Assembly (NCBI RefSeq): GCF_964355755.1
Contig: NC_092670.1
Coordinates: forward strand, 24,600,795-24,664,794
DNA length: 64,000 nucleotides
DNA from: Antedon mediterranea
Lineage: Eukaryota; Animalia; Echinodermata
Reading direction: 5' to 3'
The position numbers were made by a program, and so were the translations under genes. The notes beneath the pieces are model-generated. The model saw only the letters and a list, made by a program, of their open reading frames with translations, made no database searches and was not told where the DNA came from. How positions within the stretch are numbered: the stretch's first letter is position 1; each line of letters starts with the position of its first letter. Shown here one piece after another: positions 23,398 through 39,361 of the stretch.

Positions 23398-25788
23398 ATT
23401 TCATACAATAACAATGCATTGTAACGTAAGGAACGTATTCATTTAAATATAAGATAGTTTAAACATTTTTACAATTATTCTTTTTTATTTCTTTTACTGT
23501 GCAAACCAAAAAATACAAGTTTTGAAATTTATAATAATAGACATATTTTTTCTTTATTACTTTACTTTTTGTATAATGTTATTTTATGCTAATAAATCAA
23601 AGACAAAACATGTATCTAATAAGACAATTCGTCTGGGTCTAAAGCGTGGTTCCCACAAGAACGCAACGCATCGACGTATTGACGTAAAGTGATGTATTGC
23701 GTAAAGCTTGGTTTCCACTAGCGACGCAACGTAAGAAAATATCCTTCTAATAATTGTGTTTGCCCCCGCCTGCGTGAAATCAAACCAAATCATTCTTGTG
23801 TCTTCGGTTCCCACTTTTGATCACGCAATACATCACTTTGCGTCAATACGTCGCTGCGTTGCGTTCTAGTGGGAACCACGCTTAATTAAGTGTGAACCGA
23901 CAACGCAATAATGCTGCAAACATCGCAGGTTTGATTTCGCGCAGGCGGGGGCAAACACAATTATTGGAAGGGCATTTTCTTACGTTGCGTAAGTTGCGTT
24001 ACGTTGTGTCGCTAGTGGGAACCAAGTTTAAGCGGCGCTTCATAAGCCCGGGGAGGACGTGCACATAATCCCGTTCATACAAAAGTTCTGCTTCTGTGAC
24101 GTATCGACGCAAATGGCTGTATGGCGTAATCACAAGTGGGAACCGACGACGCAACAGTGCAGCAAAAATCACAGGTTTGATTTCACGCAGGCGGGGGGGC
24201 AAACACAATTACTGGAAGGGCATTTTCTCACGTTGTGTAGGTTGCGTTACGTTTCTTTGCTAGTGAGAACGCAATACATCACTTTGCGTCAATACGTCGC
24301 TGCGTTGCGTTCTAGTGGGAACCACGCTTTAAAGAATAGATCCTCAAACAACTTTGTACTGGTTTCTGCTACGTTGCATTGCCCAGCTTGCTTGAAATGT
24401 CTGTTCCGATTTTATAATAATTTTGTACCAACAGGATGTCCATTTCATACAATAACAATGCATTGTAACGTAAGGAACGTATTCATTTAAATATAAGATA
24501 GTTTAAACATTTTTACAATTATTCTTTTTTATTTCTTTTACTGTGCAAACCAAAAAATACAAGTTTTGAAATTTATAATAATAGACATATTTTTTCTTTA
24601 TTACTTTACTTTTTGTATAATGTTATTTTATGCTAATAAATCAAAGACAAAACATGTATCTAATAAGACAATTCGTCTGGGTCTAAAGCGTGGTTCCCAC
24701 AAGAACGCAACGCATCGACGTATTGACGTAAAGTGATGTATTGCGTAAAGCTTGGTTTCCACTAGCGACGCAACGTAAGAAAATATCCTTCTAATAATTG
24801 TGTTTGCCCCCGCCTGCGTGAAATCAAACCAAATCATTCTTGTGTCTTCGGTTCCCACTTTTGATCACGCAATACATCACTTTGCGTCAATACGTCGCTG
24901 CGTTGCGTTCTAGTGGGAACCACGCTTAATTAAGTGTGAACCGACAACGCAATAATGCTGCAAACATCGCAGGTTTGATTTCGCGCAGGCGGGGGCAAAC
25001 ACAATTATTGGAAGGGCATTTTCTTACGTTGCGTAAGTTGCGTTACGTTGTGTCGCTAGTGGGAACCAAGTTTAAGCGGCGCTTCATAAGCCCGGGGAGG
25101 ACGTGCACATAATCCCGTTCATACAAAAGTTCTGCTTCTGACAAGTGAGCAAATGCACCCATTTTCTACTTCCAACCGTTTCAAAACAAGGGACCTGGCG
25201 AGCATAAAGCGTGGTTCACACTAGCGACGCAACGCAACATACGTAACGTAAGAAAATGCCCTTCCGATAATTGTGTTTGCCCCCGCCTGCCTGAAATAAA
25301 ATCTGCGATATTTGCAGCATTGTTGCGTCGTCGGTTCCCACTTGTGAATACGCAATACAGCACTTTGCGTCAAAACGTCGCTACGTTGCGTCGCTAGTGG
25401 GAACCACGCTTTAAGCGTGGTTCCCACTTAAACGTAACGCAGTGACGTATCGACGCAAATGGCTGTATGGCGTAATCACAAGTGGGAACCGACGACGCAA
25501 CAGTGCAGCAAAAATCACAGGTTTGATTTCACGCAGGCGGGGGGGCAAACACAATTACTGGAAGGGCATTTTCTCACGTTGTGTAGGTTGCGTTACGTTT
25601 CTTTGCTAGTGAGAACGCAATACATCACTTTGCGTCAATACGTCGCTGCGTTGCGTTCTAGTGGGAACCACGCTTTAAAGAATAGATCCTCAAACAACTT
25701 TGTACTGGTTTCTGCTACGTTGCATTGCCCAGCTTGCTTGAAATGTCTGTTCCGATTTTATAATAATTTTGTACCAACAGGATGTCCA
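23398..25788. repeat. Near-identical tandem duplication (23398-24441 and 24442-25788); copy 2 has ~300 extra bp
   Basis: atttcatacaataacaatgcattg at 23398 and 24442 (period 1044). Identical spurious ORFs at 23584 and 24628. Confidence 0.92.
23640..25678. mobile_element. Cluster of short PIF/Harbinger-like MITEs (TIR AGCGTGGTTCCCACTAG)
   Basis: Repeated taa|agcgtggttcccac...gtgggaaccacgct|tta/taa ends with gcgttgcgt subterminal motifs. A related fragment lies at 20380-20526. Confidence 0.75.
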
Positions 25789-27096
25789 CATCTTTGAAAA
25801 AGACTGTTACTTACTTATGTGAAATAATACTTGCCTATAATAAATAATTGAATAATTGGGAATTACTGTAAGAATTACACAAACCAGAAGTGGTCTTACA
25901 TCCCTGATTATACCGTATAATTTCGTAGATCTCTCTCTTCCTTGTTTTGTCGCACATTATTAACAGGATGCATTGTGAAGAAATGAAGTTAACACGGAAT
26001 GTACTACCAACATTTAAAAAAACAAGTAAGAGTACCGGTATGATTTGATCATGAAACTTAACAGTTAACCATAAGTTAACGGCGTTCTGTTATAGCGGTC
26101 TCTCGTATGATGTCCTGTGGGCGACAGATTATCTCAAGTTCAGCGCCCTCGACAAACCTCTTTGTGTACGTCACTTTCTGAGTAGCGATGATTGATACGG
26201 TTCTGACAAAATGTTTATTAAGTGATGATTTAAAGTCAACCTCATCATTGTCATTGTCTTATATTGTTATTATAATCATTATTATTATTATTTATTTGCC
26301 CTGTTTTCACGTTATTTCGGTAGTTTCATTTGTTAGTTGAACATCCAGTCGTCACTGTTAATGTACACTGTTTCATTTGCATTCATCACTGTTTAATGAG
26401 TTCGTCATTGTTTGTTGTGCATTTCGTCACTTTTTCATGTCAACTTTCTTGCCCACAAGAATAAAATGTACACGAATAAACGTTTGTGTTTTCTACTTAT
26501 AAAATATCTACATTTATTGTGAATACCCTTAAAAGATACAATTAAAAGAAGAAAATATTCTACAAGTTTGTTTTACAAGGAAAATTATTTAAATGTAAAA
26601 TTGCAAGGTAAATTGATAATAGTTTGATTTAGCTGTAACACCCAAATAAGAAAATGCTTTCATTGGATGTAAATACGGGATTATTAGGTATTTCCCGTCC
26701 AGTTTCATTCTTCGATATTGCCTGTCAATTCGGCTATTTTAAATAATTAAAAAATATAATAAATTAAATATTCATTGGATTAAATACCAATTCCCCCTTT
26801 AAGTTTCCTGCTAATTCTACTTGCTAAAAATTGGCCTACTGAAGAGTTTCGCCGGTAGCACCTCAATATTGTACTGTATTTGCACTAATTAAAATGATCT
26901 ATAGTTTGTTTTTTTTAAATAACTTCTTACTCCTTCTCCAATTTAATCCTTCTCTACTCCCCTTCTTGCAATCCGAGATGTTAACGACACTGCTCTAAAA
27001 TTGACTCCAGATCCGTTTTGTTGCACATGTTTTTTTTAGATTATAAGACTCATCGCTGAGATCTTTACAATTAGAAAATTAATAAAGTTTGATGAT

Positions 27097-29351
<2,255 letters not shown>

Positions 29352-30625
29352 TTATTTCTGTAAACAATATATGTTAAATAAATAATTATTAATAATTAAT
29401 TGTTATATTCGTACGTAATGAATTCAGCTGTTAATAGTAGTGTAAATAATTAGAATTGGCCGGAATAAATTGAAAAAAAAAAATCTTTCTAAAAATGGAA
29501 AAGACATTCATTCAACAACAAAATTAATTACTGCCCTCAACGGACAATAACTTTTTTGGTAACTGGGCTTTAATTCCCAGGATTCCAGATGCTAGCCACG
29601 CCTAAGATAAGATAATTAAAATTATTGTTGTGAAGTTATTTTCATTGCTGTTGCTCATTTTCCACAAAAATAATAATACACTGGTCTGAGTATTTATAAT
29701 GTATTATATATTAGCCTTATACAAAGTTGAATAATACCATAGGCCTTTATGGAAGAAATATCATAACATAATTGATTATGCCAAATAGGCCTCTGTGTAT
29801 TCAGTTTTAGGATTGATAACAGGTTTAGCGGTACTTATTCAGATAACACTTAAGTTAAAGAGGCCATATTTGAACCTATAAGCTACTAGGCTAGCTATGC
29901 CTAGGATGGATATGACCACATCATTTTCTCGCTATCAGTAAACACCAGTCTCTATCCTATTCGTGATCTTGTTAGCATATTTTAGTAACCCATCCTGTTT
30001 TGGGATACCATGATACTATTATCCGCTAACTTTATCACATTTGGTTGAGTGTAAAAAGCCTCAACTAACAAGCATAGGTTTCCTATCAACTACTTAAAAA
30101 ATACCGAGGGTATGGTTGGGTTGGGTCGAGGATGGGAGTGGTATTAGTCTCCGGCACATTAAACTTAGTTTCGGTTTAGTATTCTTTCTTTATCTATTGT
30201 ATTGATATACCATGAGTGTGTCCTATAGAGTAAATAGGCCCTATAGTATGCCAGTGTTATACAGCATTCTCAGTATACATGTGGGCGTTGCCAAATCCTA
30301 CTCTTATGGTATATTACTTCTAATGATGCAGCTATAACTAAATAATATGATTTAATAATACATTTACGTTGAAGTTAAATCGTTCTATACTCCTACTTAA
30401 CTACCGAATTTATCTATCTATATCTATAATAATCAACTAGAAAATGCTAGCAGTATACATCCATGTTCGATATACTGAGTTGTAATTCCTGGCACCCATT
30501 GATATGCGGTATATCTTGAATAATAATCCAATGTTTCAATAGGAAAATGTTATTGATTAATCAACAGTCTATACAATTATCCTAGCTAAGCATCGAAGAT
30601 AAAAATATAAAAAAGTTTCACTTAC

Positions 30626-30890
30626 GAGGTATAGTAGCTACACAAGAAAATATCCAAGACGGATTGATGGAGCAGTAGTTCCTTTGCCTTCGAGAAGAGG
30701 AGTGAGACCTAAACACCACCGCTAGCCACTCATATTAATTGGGGTGAAATTCTTTGAGAAAATATGGAAAGACAGCGCTTCCCTAATTTAGAGATGTTTG
30801 CAAGTGGTAATGTAAGCCGTCAGAAGTACACGGGTGGCGCGCTTTGCCTGTTCCTACGGCGAGCATTCCATTACCAAATAAGGAGAGACA
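30626..30890 (-). promoter_or_regulatory. Probable actin non-coding exon 1 and proximal promoter (CArG + MCAT)
   Basis: Minus-strand donor gtaagt abuts 30626. MCAT CATTCCA at 30864-30870 lies next to the perfect CArG CCAAATAAGG at 30874-30883. Confidence 0.6.
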
Positions 30891-33800
30891 CTAATGTAGC
30901 GTTGGCCTGGCAACAACATCATATTAGCCCCACCTCTTAACTGGTTTCACGAATCTCTCATAAGTATTACAACCGGTTGACTTAAAATGGGAATAAGAAG
31001 GAGGAGAAATAATTACAAGACGCAATGAAATCATTGAATATGTATGAGGACTGGATAAACTCGTGAAGGTGAGATACCATCAACACGATAATACAGAAGC
31101 GGTTGGCCTAGGTTTATTTAATTACATTACTATAAAAAGGCCTGTAGGTCTTCTCATTTTAGAGCTAAGTTTTAAAACACAGTTTTGTGATTACGAAAGA
31201 ATTTTTTACTTAAATTATTAGGCCTAAATGAGAGCAATCACATGATAATCTGACAACGTTGAGAACCTCAGAACTTTCATGATTAATAACACTATCTAAA
31301 TTATTAATTAATAAAACGACCCATTTGTTATATTGTTTCGGTATAACGTTTATCAATCAATAAAGAATATAGATATATGACCTAACAGTACTTTTTACAA
31401 ATTCATTAAATTATAATTATTTAAGTATTTACGCTTATTTATATTAAACTTATTTTAATCATCAAAATGATTCAAATGATTAAACTAATTTAGATATAAG
31501 AAAGAAATCTTTAATAAGGATTTATATAATAAATGAAAAATAGAAGGCTGCGGATAAGGGTAGAGAAATAGAAACGATTTTTGTTTTGAAAAAAAAAGAA
31601 GAACTCAAAGGGGCATCCAGCAACTTTTGATGCTGATATGTTGTGAAGGTCTCGTATATTTTTAGCCTTGTGTAAATATTTTGGAATAAAGTAGTTATAC
31701 GAATTAATAAGTCCGGTTTAATTTCTAATAATTACCTTAAAATGTTTATAAATTATTGATATTAGCATTAATAATCAACAGCATCAGTAGGGCTTTCATT
31801 ATTATCATCATTTTTTATTTATTTTTATTCATTTCAGTAATACAAAAAGGAAAAGCATGTACCAACATATATGGGCTGTACACAAAAATCATCGAACAAA
31901 ATCCATATTTAAAAAAAAAAAACACTATCAGTACATGCTAATTATAATAACATTTTTACAACATGATGCTTATTTTAAATCTGGAGCAATGTGGGTATAG
32001 GTGACTTTACTTTCTGTATCTTTGAATCTTAAATTCCAAGCATAGGCCTAATTGTTATTTATGGTAATCATAATTTTTTTTTTATTATTACTATTATTAT
32101 TATTGTTATCATAATGGTCATTATTATCATCACAATTGTCTTTACCACCACCATATCTCATCATCATTATCATCACCATATACCACATTATCAACAACTT
32201 AATTTTACTCACTCAATAATTAGGCCTCGTAATGCCTAATGATATTTAGTTTTATTTTTTGAATGAATTGCTAGCTTATTAAATACAATTATACAATAAT
32301 ATGTATTCTCAGAAGACATATGCCTAATATTATCTTTAATCTTTCCTTTCCTATTCGCGTGCTGTGTTATTTATTGCCAAAAAAGTCATAATGTTTTACG
32401 ACCAACGAATGTTATGAAAATGAACTTATAGTATTAAGCGTGAACTGAAATTATGTCATCCAATGAAATTATGGCAATGTCAGTAGGCTCCATATTGAGT
32501 TTGAGGTCACTGTATCCAAGGCCATGTCACAATTTGACAAAAGTAGGAGGAGTTATGGTGGCCTAACCCATGTTAATGGAACACACGGGGACACTGTATA
32601 AATAACCATTTATGGATGCGTTGATATAGTTAAGCCAAAGTTTGTCGCCCGGACTTTAATTGGAGCGTAACCGATGAGAGGTTATGTAAAATTGGTATAC
32701 ATGCTAAAAGTAGGCCTAATGTAATGGAATGTAGCAACTATGTCCATCAAGAACCAAAAAGTGTTTTATTATATTATTTAGAACGATGAGTTTGTTTGTG
32801 GATAGTGTTCTGGCTATTAAAACTACGACGGAGAATTGCAATGTATTTTTTTACGCGTATGAACGTGTATTATTACCTTGGATCGGGCAGTTTGTTTATT
32901 CTGTCATTTTGGTCTGTTATCAGTCATATCTTCATACCCGGCCCATGTAATAGGTGATGCTGGGGTTGATTAGCGCAAATCAATGATTGTAAGACATAAA
33001 GTTAGCCACTCATCATCCATGTATTTGTATGTTTTTGTTTGTGCACGGCCCCAGGGAAAAACAACCATGTTGATCTGGACCTCCGTGATAAAATAATGTA
33101 GAATTTAATTGAATAGGCCTACACTGTGTAGGCCTAATTGTAACAGCAATTACATCTAAACAAATTATTATTTTTATTAAATATTTATCGTATAACTTGA
33201 TGGCCTCATTACATTATCATTACATGTATGTCTGGTGTTCCGATATCAAGTTTTGTGGGACAATAGGCCTGTAGGCCTACTACTACCACTAAAGTTCGTG
33301 TGTTCAGGTAGGCCTATCTTGTTTTTCCCCGCCACATTTTATCTGTAAGGTTGTGGGTAACTCACCAACAAACCCGGGTATAACTAAGAAGCAACATTAC
33401 TGTGATATACTTTTATAGCTCCCTGTACTAACTGATGAACGTAGTTTTAGGCCTAATGATAAATAGTCGACATTCCGACAGTTTATGATTCACACAAATT
33501 CCCCGTAATATTGCACTGATATTAGTCAATGTTAATTGCATGTCGTATGCCGAAGTTTTCGCGATAGAATGAATCACGCAGTTTTTTTAGGCACATAGGC
33601 TTAAACATAGAGATATTATAGTTATATATAATATCTCTATGGCCAGAATAAAAGCTTGGAGCTCGATATTCTCGCCACAAATAGGCCTTGTTTTATCATC
33701 CGTAAATATGATTATTCTGTCTGCAGTTTTGACGCCATACACTGAACTGTTTACAAGCGTTCTTTGCTGATGAAAAGCATACTTTTGTACGCGCACGTTT

Positions 33801-34515
33801 AATGTTTTTTTCGTTTCATACCGTAACACCCGGCATAGCACCACATATGATTTCAGGTCATTCCCATTAGATTACAATTGAAGTGTTACCGGAAATGCAT
33901 TATTTGGAGTGTTTTGTACTTCCGATTTACGTACCACAAAATCCATACGATGATGGAGACGATTTAAATTAAGTAAATCGAATAATAACAATAGGCCTAT
34001 ATAACAGAATAATTTACTGTATTGTATTATCTGGTTTTTGTTTGTTTGAATGTTATAAATCATTAATGTTGTGTGTCTCTATTCGTCAGCTGTTATTGAT
34101 TGGCTCCTATGAATATTATGCATTTCATCTTTATGTCTTTAGAAATAATGTATACAAACCATTGTCTTATTTGGTTTTTTTTCTTTTGTGTTTTCGTCCC
34201 ACTTTTCTACTTTTAAAATACATTTACAAGATATCAATCATAAACAACAGTGAATGTATTGACAGACATAGAACATTTTTATTTTCTACATGTCATTATT
34301 TCAAATCAACTATAGATAGGCCTTAAGAAAGCGTGCCAAATTCGGTATTGGCATAATGAGATATAGTGAATGTTTTTTTGTTTCTAGTGAGTCGATCGTG
34401 ACACCCCTAGAAAGCACGAAGATTATTTTTTATCCCATGATGATATTTCTTTCTCTTTCTTTCTCTTATTATTTATACTATTTGTATTCTATCTGTATTA
34501 AATACAAACATTGTT

Positions 34516-34690
34516 TTCCAGTTCATAATGATAGGGACGAGTCGACTTCTCTAAGCCATTAATTATTAATAAATTCCAGTTCATAATGATAGGGACGAGT
34601 CGATTTCTCTAAGGCATTAATTATTAATAAATTCCAGTTCATAATGATAGGGACGAGTCGACTTTTCTAAGTCATTAATTTATTAATAAA
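34516..34690. repeat. 3 x ~57-bp tandem repeat
   Basis: ttccagttcataatgatagggacgagtcga repeated three times. Confidence 0.9.
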
Positions 34691-34825
34691 ATGATCATAT
34701 GAAAAGTGATTATATAGGCCTACAATATTAAATGTATGCATGGGCCAATTATTGTTTCTGAATAGAGATAACAATGTAGTTACCAGCCCTGCAATGCTGG
34801 ATATTGTCAAATTTATTAACAAAAT

Positions 34826-35184
34826 GATCAAATGGCCGAGCGGTTAAGGCAGGGGCGCCGTTTACCGTACCGGTACATAAGAGCCAACAACATCGGCAAG
34901 GGTTCGAGGCCGACTTGCTCCTAGTTCTGGTGGTTGAACAAGTCTTCTCGGATAAGGACTATAACCGTAGGTCCAGTGTACACAGTTATAACCTGTATGC
35001 ACTTTAAAGAACCCAGTTCATTATTCGAAAAAGAGTAGGGGGTTACCCCGGTGAACTGGTTCACAAAATAGCTCCTGTATCAGGGGGATTACCACCTATC
35101 TGATAGGACAGTGATTAATTCACTATTGGTAATCCTTGGCCGCATTGCCTAAAGACATAAAATAAAATAAAAAATAAATAAAAA
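34826..35184 (+). mobile_element. tRNA-derived SINE with Deu/Nin-like central domain and A-rich tail
   Basis: A box TGGCCGAGCGG (34833), B box GGTTCGAGGCC (34901), central tcggataaggactataaccgtaggtcc...ttaaagaaccc...tcgaaaaagagtagggg, (AAAT)n tail. Confidence 0.85.
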
Positions 35185-35396
35185 TATGCAGAGTTATGAA
35201 CAAAGAACAAACAATTAAAATATTAAATGTATGCATTGGCCAATTATTGTTTCTGAATAGATATAACAATGTAATTGGGCCTTGCAATGCTGGATAATAT
35301 CAATATCATTAATAACATTATCATGTCGTAATATCGGGAGTTGTGAACAAACAATTAAACAAATATTAAATGTAGGTCTATAAATGCATGCATTTG

Positions 35397-35695
35397 AAAA
35401 ATACTATTACTTAAGTGCTATTTCTTTATGTCATTTTATATCAATCTCACAATAACAGTATGATATTGTTTAATATGCCTTCGTGCAAACAAAATACTAT
35501 TACTTAAGTGCTATTTCTTTGTGTCATTTTATATCAATCTCACAATAACAGTATGATAGGCCTATTGTTTAATAGGCATTACGTCCAAACAAAATACTAT
35601 TACTTAAGTCCTATTTCTTTGTGTCATTTTATATCAATCTCACAATAACAGTATGTATTGTTTAATAGGCATTACGTGCAAACAAAATACTATCA
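35397..35695. repeat. 3 x ~95-bp tandem repeat
   Basis: aaaatactattacttaagtgctatttcttt...atctcacaataacagtatg repeated. Confidence 0.9.
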
Positions 35696-36759
35696 TAGTC
35701 TATAGGCCTACTTTGTTTTGAAAGTTAAGTGATCATGAATGAAATTCTTTTAGTGTTCATCACGGTTGATATGACTTACTGAAGTTAGAATCATAACCCG
35801 AAGCTTTAACGAACCAATCAGAGAACGGACCCGGCAGGCGGCGTGCCCGACACCCGTGTGACCCGAGCCGCGCCAAATTAGGAAGAAGAATGCCTCGCTA
35901 CCTATCCATTGGCCTGGCATAATGGGTTGCCCCGTGGCCATGTATTCCAGCCATTTTTTAATTTATTAGAATATTTAAATCCCTCGTAGGTCTATAGAGG
36001 TTAAAAATCACTGTAGCGTTTCAAATAATGAACAACGTTTGTGAGCTAGCTTTATTGCCCTATAATTCATGGTGTCATAAAAATAAGCATATGTACTGGG
36101 CCTCGACTTAAAATATAGAAATAGTATTTTATACAATATTACATACATAAATTAAATATAAAAATATGTATTGTATTGGATTTTGCAAATTACAAATTAA
36201 AACAAAAATTGAAAGAATTTTATATACTAAAATATAAAATATTGCTTTGCAACATTTCCGAATCAATCCTATATATATATAGTACAATAAGTTAATTAGG
36301 TTTTTTTTTTAATTTTTTTTCTTTTAAAGTACTAATTATTACAAATAACCTACAAAATTGAATATATAAAAAGTGGTAAACTCGAATCGTAATGAAATGT
36401 AGATCTTGAGTAAAGAATATTGTTAATGATAAACAGTTAATTGAATTAATAAACGTAAGAAGTGCTTCTCCGAACCCTATTTTTGTAGCTACGATGACAA
36501 TAGAGGGAGTTAATATCATATGGACTAGTGATGATTTCAAAGGGAGCCCTAATTTGAAAAAAATTAAATTACGGTCCAATACACTTCCTCTATCGCCGAT
36601 TAGCAAAATTTAACCAAAAAAATTAGAAAATTGCAGTTCATCCTATAAAACGGACTTATTTGTTGTGAATTGACGGATAAATTATGTAAGAGCCCTGGAA
36701 AAAATGTTGGAAAACCAGATCTGATTTTTAAAATTAAAACGTGTGTTGTGTAAAACTTT

Positions 36760-37320
36760 GATTATTTACCTTGATTTACCTTGATCTTGGACATCTAAAG
36801 CAATGCTTGTGTGTCCCTCCGGTATATTCTATTACATGTTCTATCATATGGGGAAAACTTTAGTGGGTGGTGTTTCCAAAACTTTTCTAGTCGGTTTTTA
36901 AATTGATTAACATTTGCAGCTTCTATTACATCCTGAGGCAAGTTGTTCCATGTGTCGATAATAGAGTTTGTAAAAAAATTCTGCCGTATCCTTAAGTGAG
37001 TACGAGGTTTGCTAATTTTCAAAAAGTGTCCTCTGGTTCTAGATTCAGTGGTTAACTTAAAAAAATCCTCATTGTTACATTTAGTGAAACCGTAGAACAT
37101 TTTGAATACTTGAATCATTGCGGATCTCAATCTTCTGTATTCTAGAGTAGGAAGGTGCATTTTGGAAAGTCGTTGACTGTATTCATACTGACGTAAATCT
37201 GCTATCATTTTAGATGCACGCTGTTGAATCTTTTCCAACTTATCAGATTCTTTCAAAAAAACATGTTGCCAAACAGTACTGCAATATTCCATGGATGGTC
37301 TTACAATCGATTTGTACAGA
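36760..37320 (-). mobile_element. 5'-truncated CR1 LINE 3' end
   Basis: ORF 37292-36795: LEKIQQRASKMI...LPTLEYRRLRSAMIQVFK...RTRGH...RQNFFTNSIIDTWNNLP...FKNRL, the typical CR1 ORF2 C-terminus. Short repeated tail (caaggtaaat). Confidence 0.9.
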
Positions 37321-38559
37321 AGAGATAAGATAAATGAGATAAATTTGTATTAATTTAAATTCATAAAATGTTATGATGATTAAAGAAAAATGGTGTTTTG
37401 TGGAGGCTAGATTGGGGGTGAAGGAGGGATGAGTTTGTAAATATCAGGGTACTGTTTGGTTTTCATCATTATTACATTTTTACTATTGTTGATTGTAAAT
37501 GTTATAGTTAGCATTGTAATGTGGTTTTGAGTAATTTTTTGTGCCACTGTTACAAAAGTGTATGTTCAAATAAATGATTATTATCATTTGTATTAGTATT
37601 ATAAGCTAAGTAAGTGTGGCCTACGTCTTTTGTAAGCGAACGAATACAAATTAATTAATTATTCATAATAAAAAAATTAACAGAGTAATCGGCTCAACGC
37701 ATGTACAACTATGCGTATTCGTGAGAAGCTATATAGCTTTACTCGATTCGAAAGTACTTTAGACCAATTAGAAGAAGCCTTAAGGTACATCTGAACGCAG
37801 GAGATGGGCTTACTAGCGCGTCGTGGATACTGGACTTACGGTGCAGTCCTGAAATTGCTCAATTAAAATGTCAGGTCTCACTCTTTCCTTGCAAGACCAA
37901 CTGAAACGATGTAGTAGAAGAATATCTATAGAGGGGGTACTTACATTTTTCAATTGAAAGTACATTGGCTTAGAAACAGACACTATTGACCTTAATCCTA
38001 TTGGCGGATTTAGAATATAAATGAATTATAATGCTGGCATTAAAGTGTTTCAAAAGCGCGTACGTTTATATCAAACTTTACTCTATTGTGCTTTAAAGAT
38101 CAATGCGATTAAACAGATACCTTTGTCACTTTCTATTGTAGAGTTCCACATTTTGGTCTTCTTTTGTGCGTGGTTAAAAAAACATTTATTTTTATGGACA
38201 ATTTGTTTTATTCGTATTAACAAACTTGTTATTGGGTAATCAATAAATGTGTATAGGCCTCAGGGTCTAAAGGCACTAGTTTATGTCCATAGTTCATAGT
38301 TGGGACAACCACACCACCACAAAAACCTCTTAAAAATCATTTCAAAATATCACAACAAAATCATAAGAAACACGAAAGTGTAGAAGTCGGGTTCAATTCG
38401 GGTTTAGGTTCACGCTTTTCAAGTCACGTAACTCATACCGTGAAATCCACACTAAGGCCTAATCAGTAATCAAACGTTTGATCTAATAATAATAATAATA
38501 ATATCACCATCATAAAGGTTAGATTGTCAACTACAAAAATGTATCAATTTTTTCTACAA

Positions 38560-38772
38560 AAGTTTCAACCAATCATAAAGTCTGTTTGAATAACGTAAAA
38601 AGAGGGTTAGCGCCCTCTATTTATGTACGTTCTTTGCAGCATGCTACTTAAGTCAGTTTCTTCAGACAATGGCGGTGATTTCAACGGAAGATTGTTTACA
38701 GTACTTTGCACGAACCACTTCGTAAATGATTATTGTCGTAATAGTTGATGGAATATAATGTTTAAGGTGAGT
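38560..38772 (+). promoter_or_regulatory. Putative promoter and non-coding first exon of an unidentified gene
   Basis: CCAAT ~38569, GCGCCCTCTA 38610, Inr-like TCAGTT 38653, YY1-like CAATGGCGG 38667, consensus donor AAG|GTGAGT after 38766. Confidence 0.5.
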
Positions 38773-39361
38773 TTAAATACCAACATCAAGACCGGTTTAA
38801 TTGTATACCGTCCGAAGATGTTTTACTGTAGATAGGAACATTGGTGTTGCTTAGGCTTAACTTTAAGAAAGTGCGGCGCACTTTCGACCTGTCAAACATG
38901 GGCCAACAGTTGAGGCACTGCCTCCTCTTTACAGTGATGATTGTAGGCCTAGATGAATACCTTTGGTTTTCATCAGAATCGTAAGGATTTCATGTGCTCC
39001 AGCCTGTGCCCCATTTAGCCTGTGCTTTCAGAACGTACGGTATATTAATTTAGTTGAATCTAAACTGGAACCTTTTTTTTTTAAAGTTATCAAACCTTAA
39101 CATGTGTTTTTCTAGTTTTCGAATAGTATTTCAGAAAAAAAGCTTGAAGCAGCAAAATGTATAATTGGAAGAATTTATGTTACTGTAATTGACATTGCAA
39201 GTTCCTAAATAAAAGTAGTTTATTTCTGTTACACCAATTGACCTACTTTTTAAGATAAGTTCATATACATTTTTACAAATGTGTAAAATTGTACTAGATA
39301 GATGACCATTTCTTTTGAATTGAAAGTAGAAACAAATGGAAATGAAACTTGTTGAATAATG

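Noticed and set aside
23584-25797. Duplicated ORFs of 60-143 aa
   Set aside because: Derived from MITE sequence within the tandem duplication; no recognisable domain.
34826-34925. tRNA gene
   Set aside because: A and B boxes are present, but the spacing is too long, there is no cloverleaf, and it continues into a SINE body and tail.
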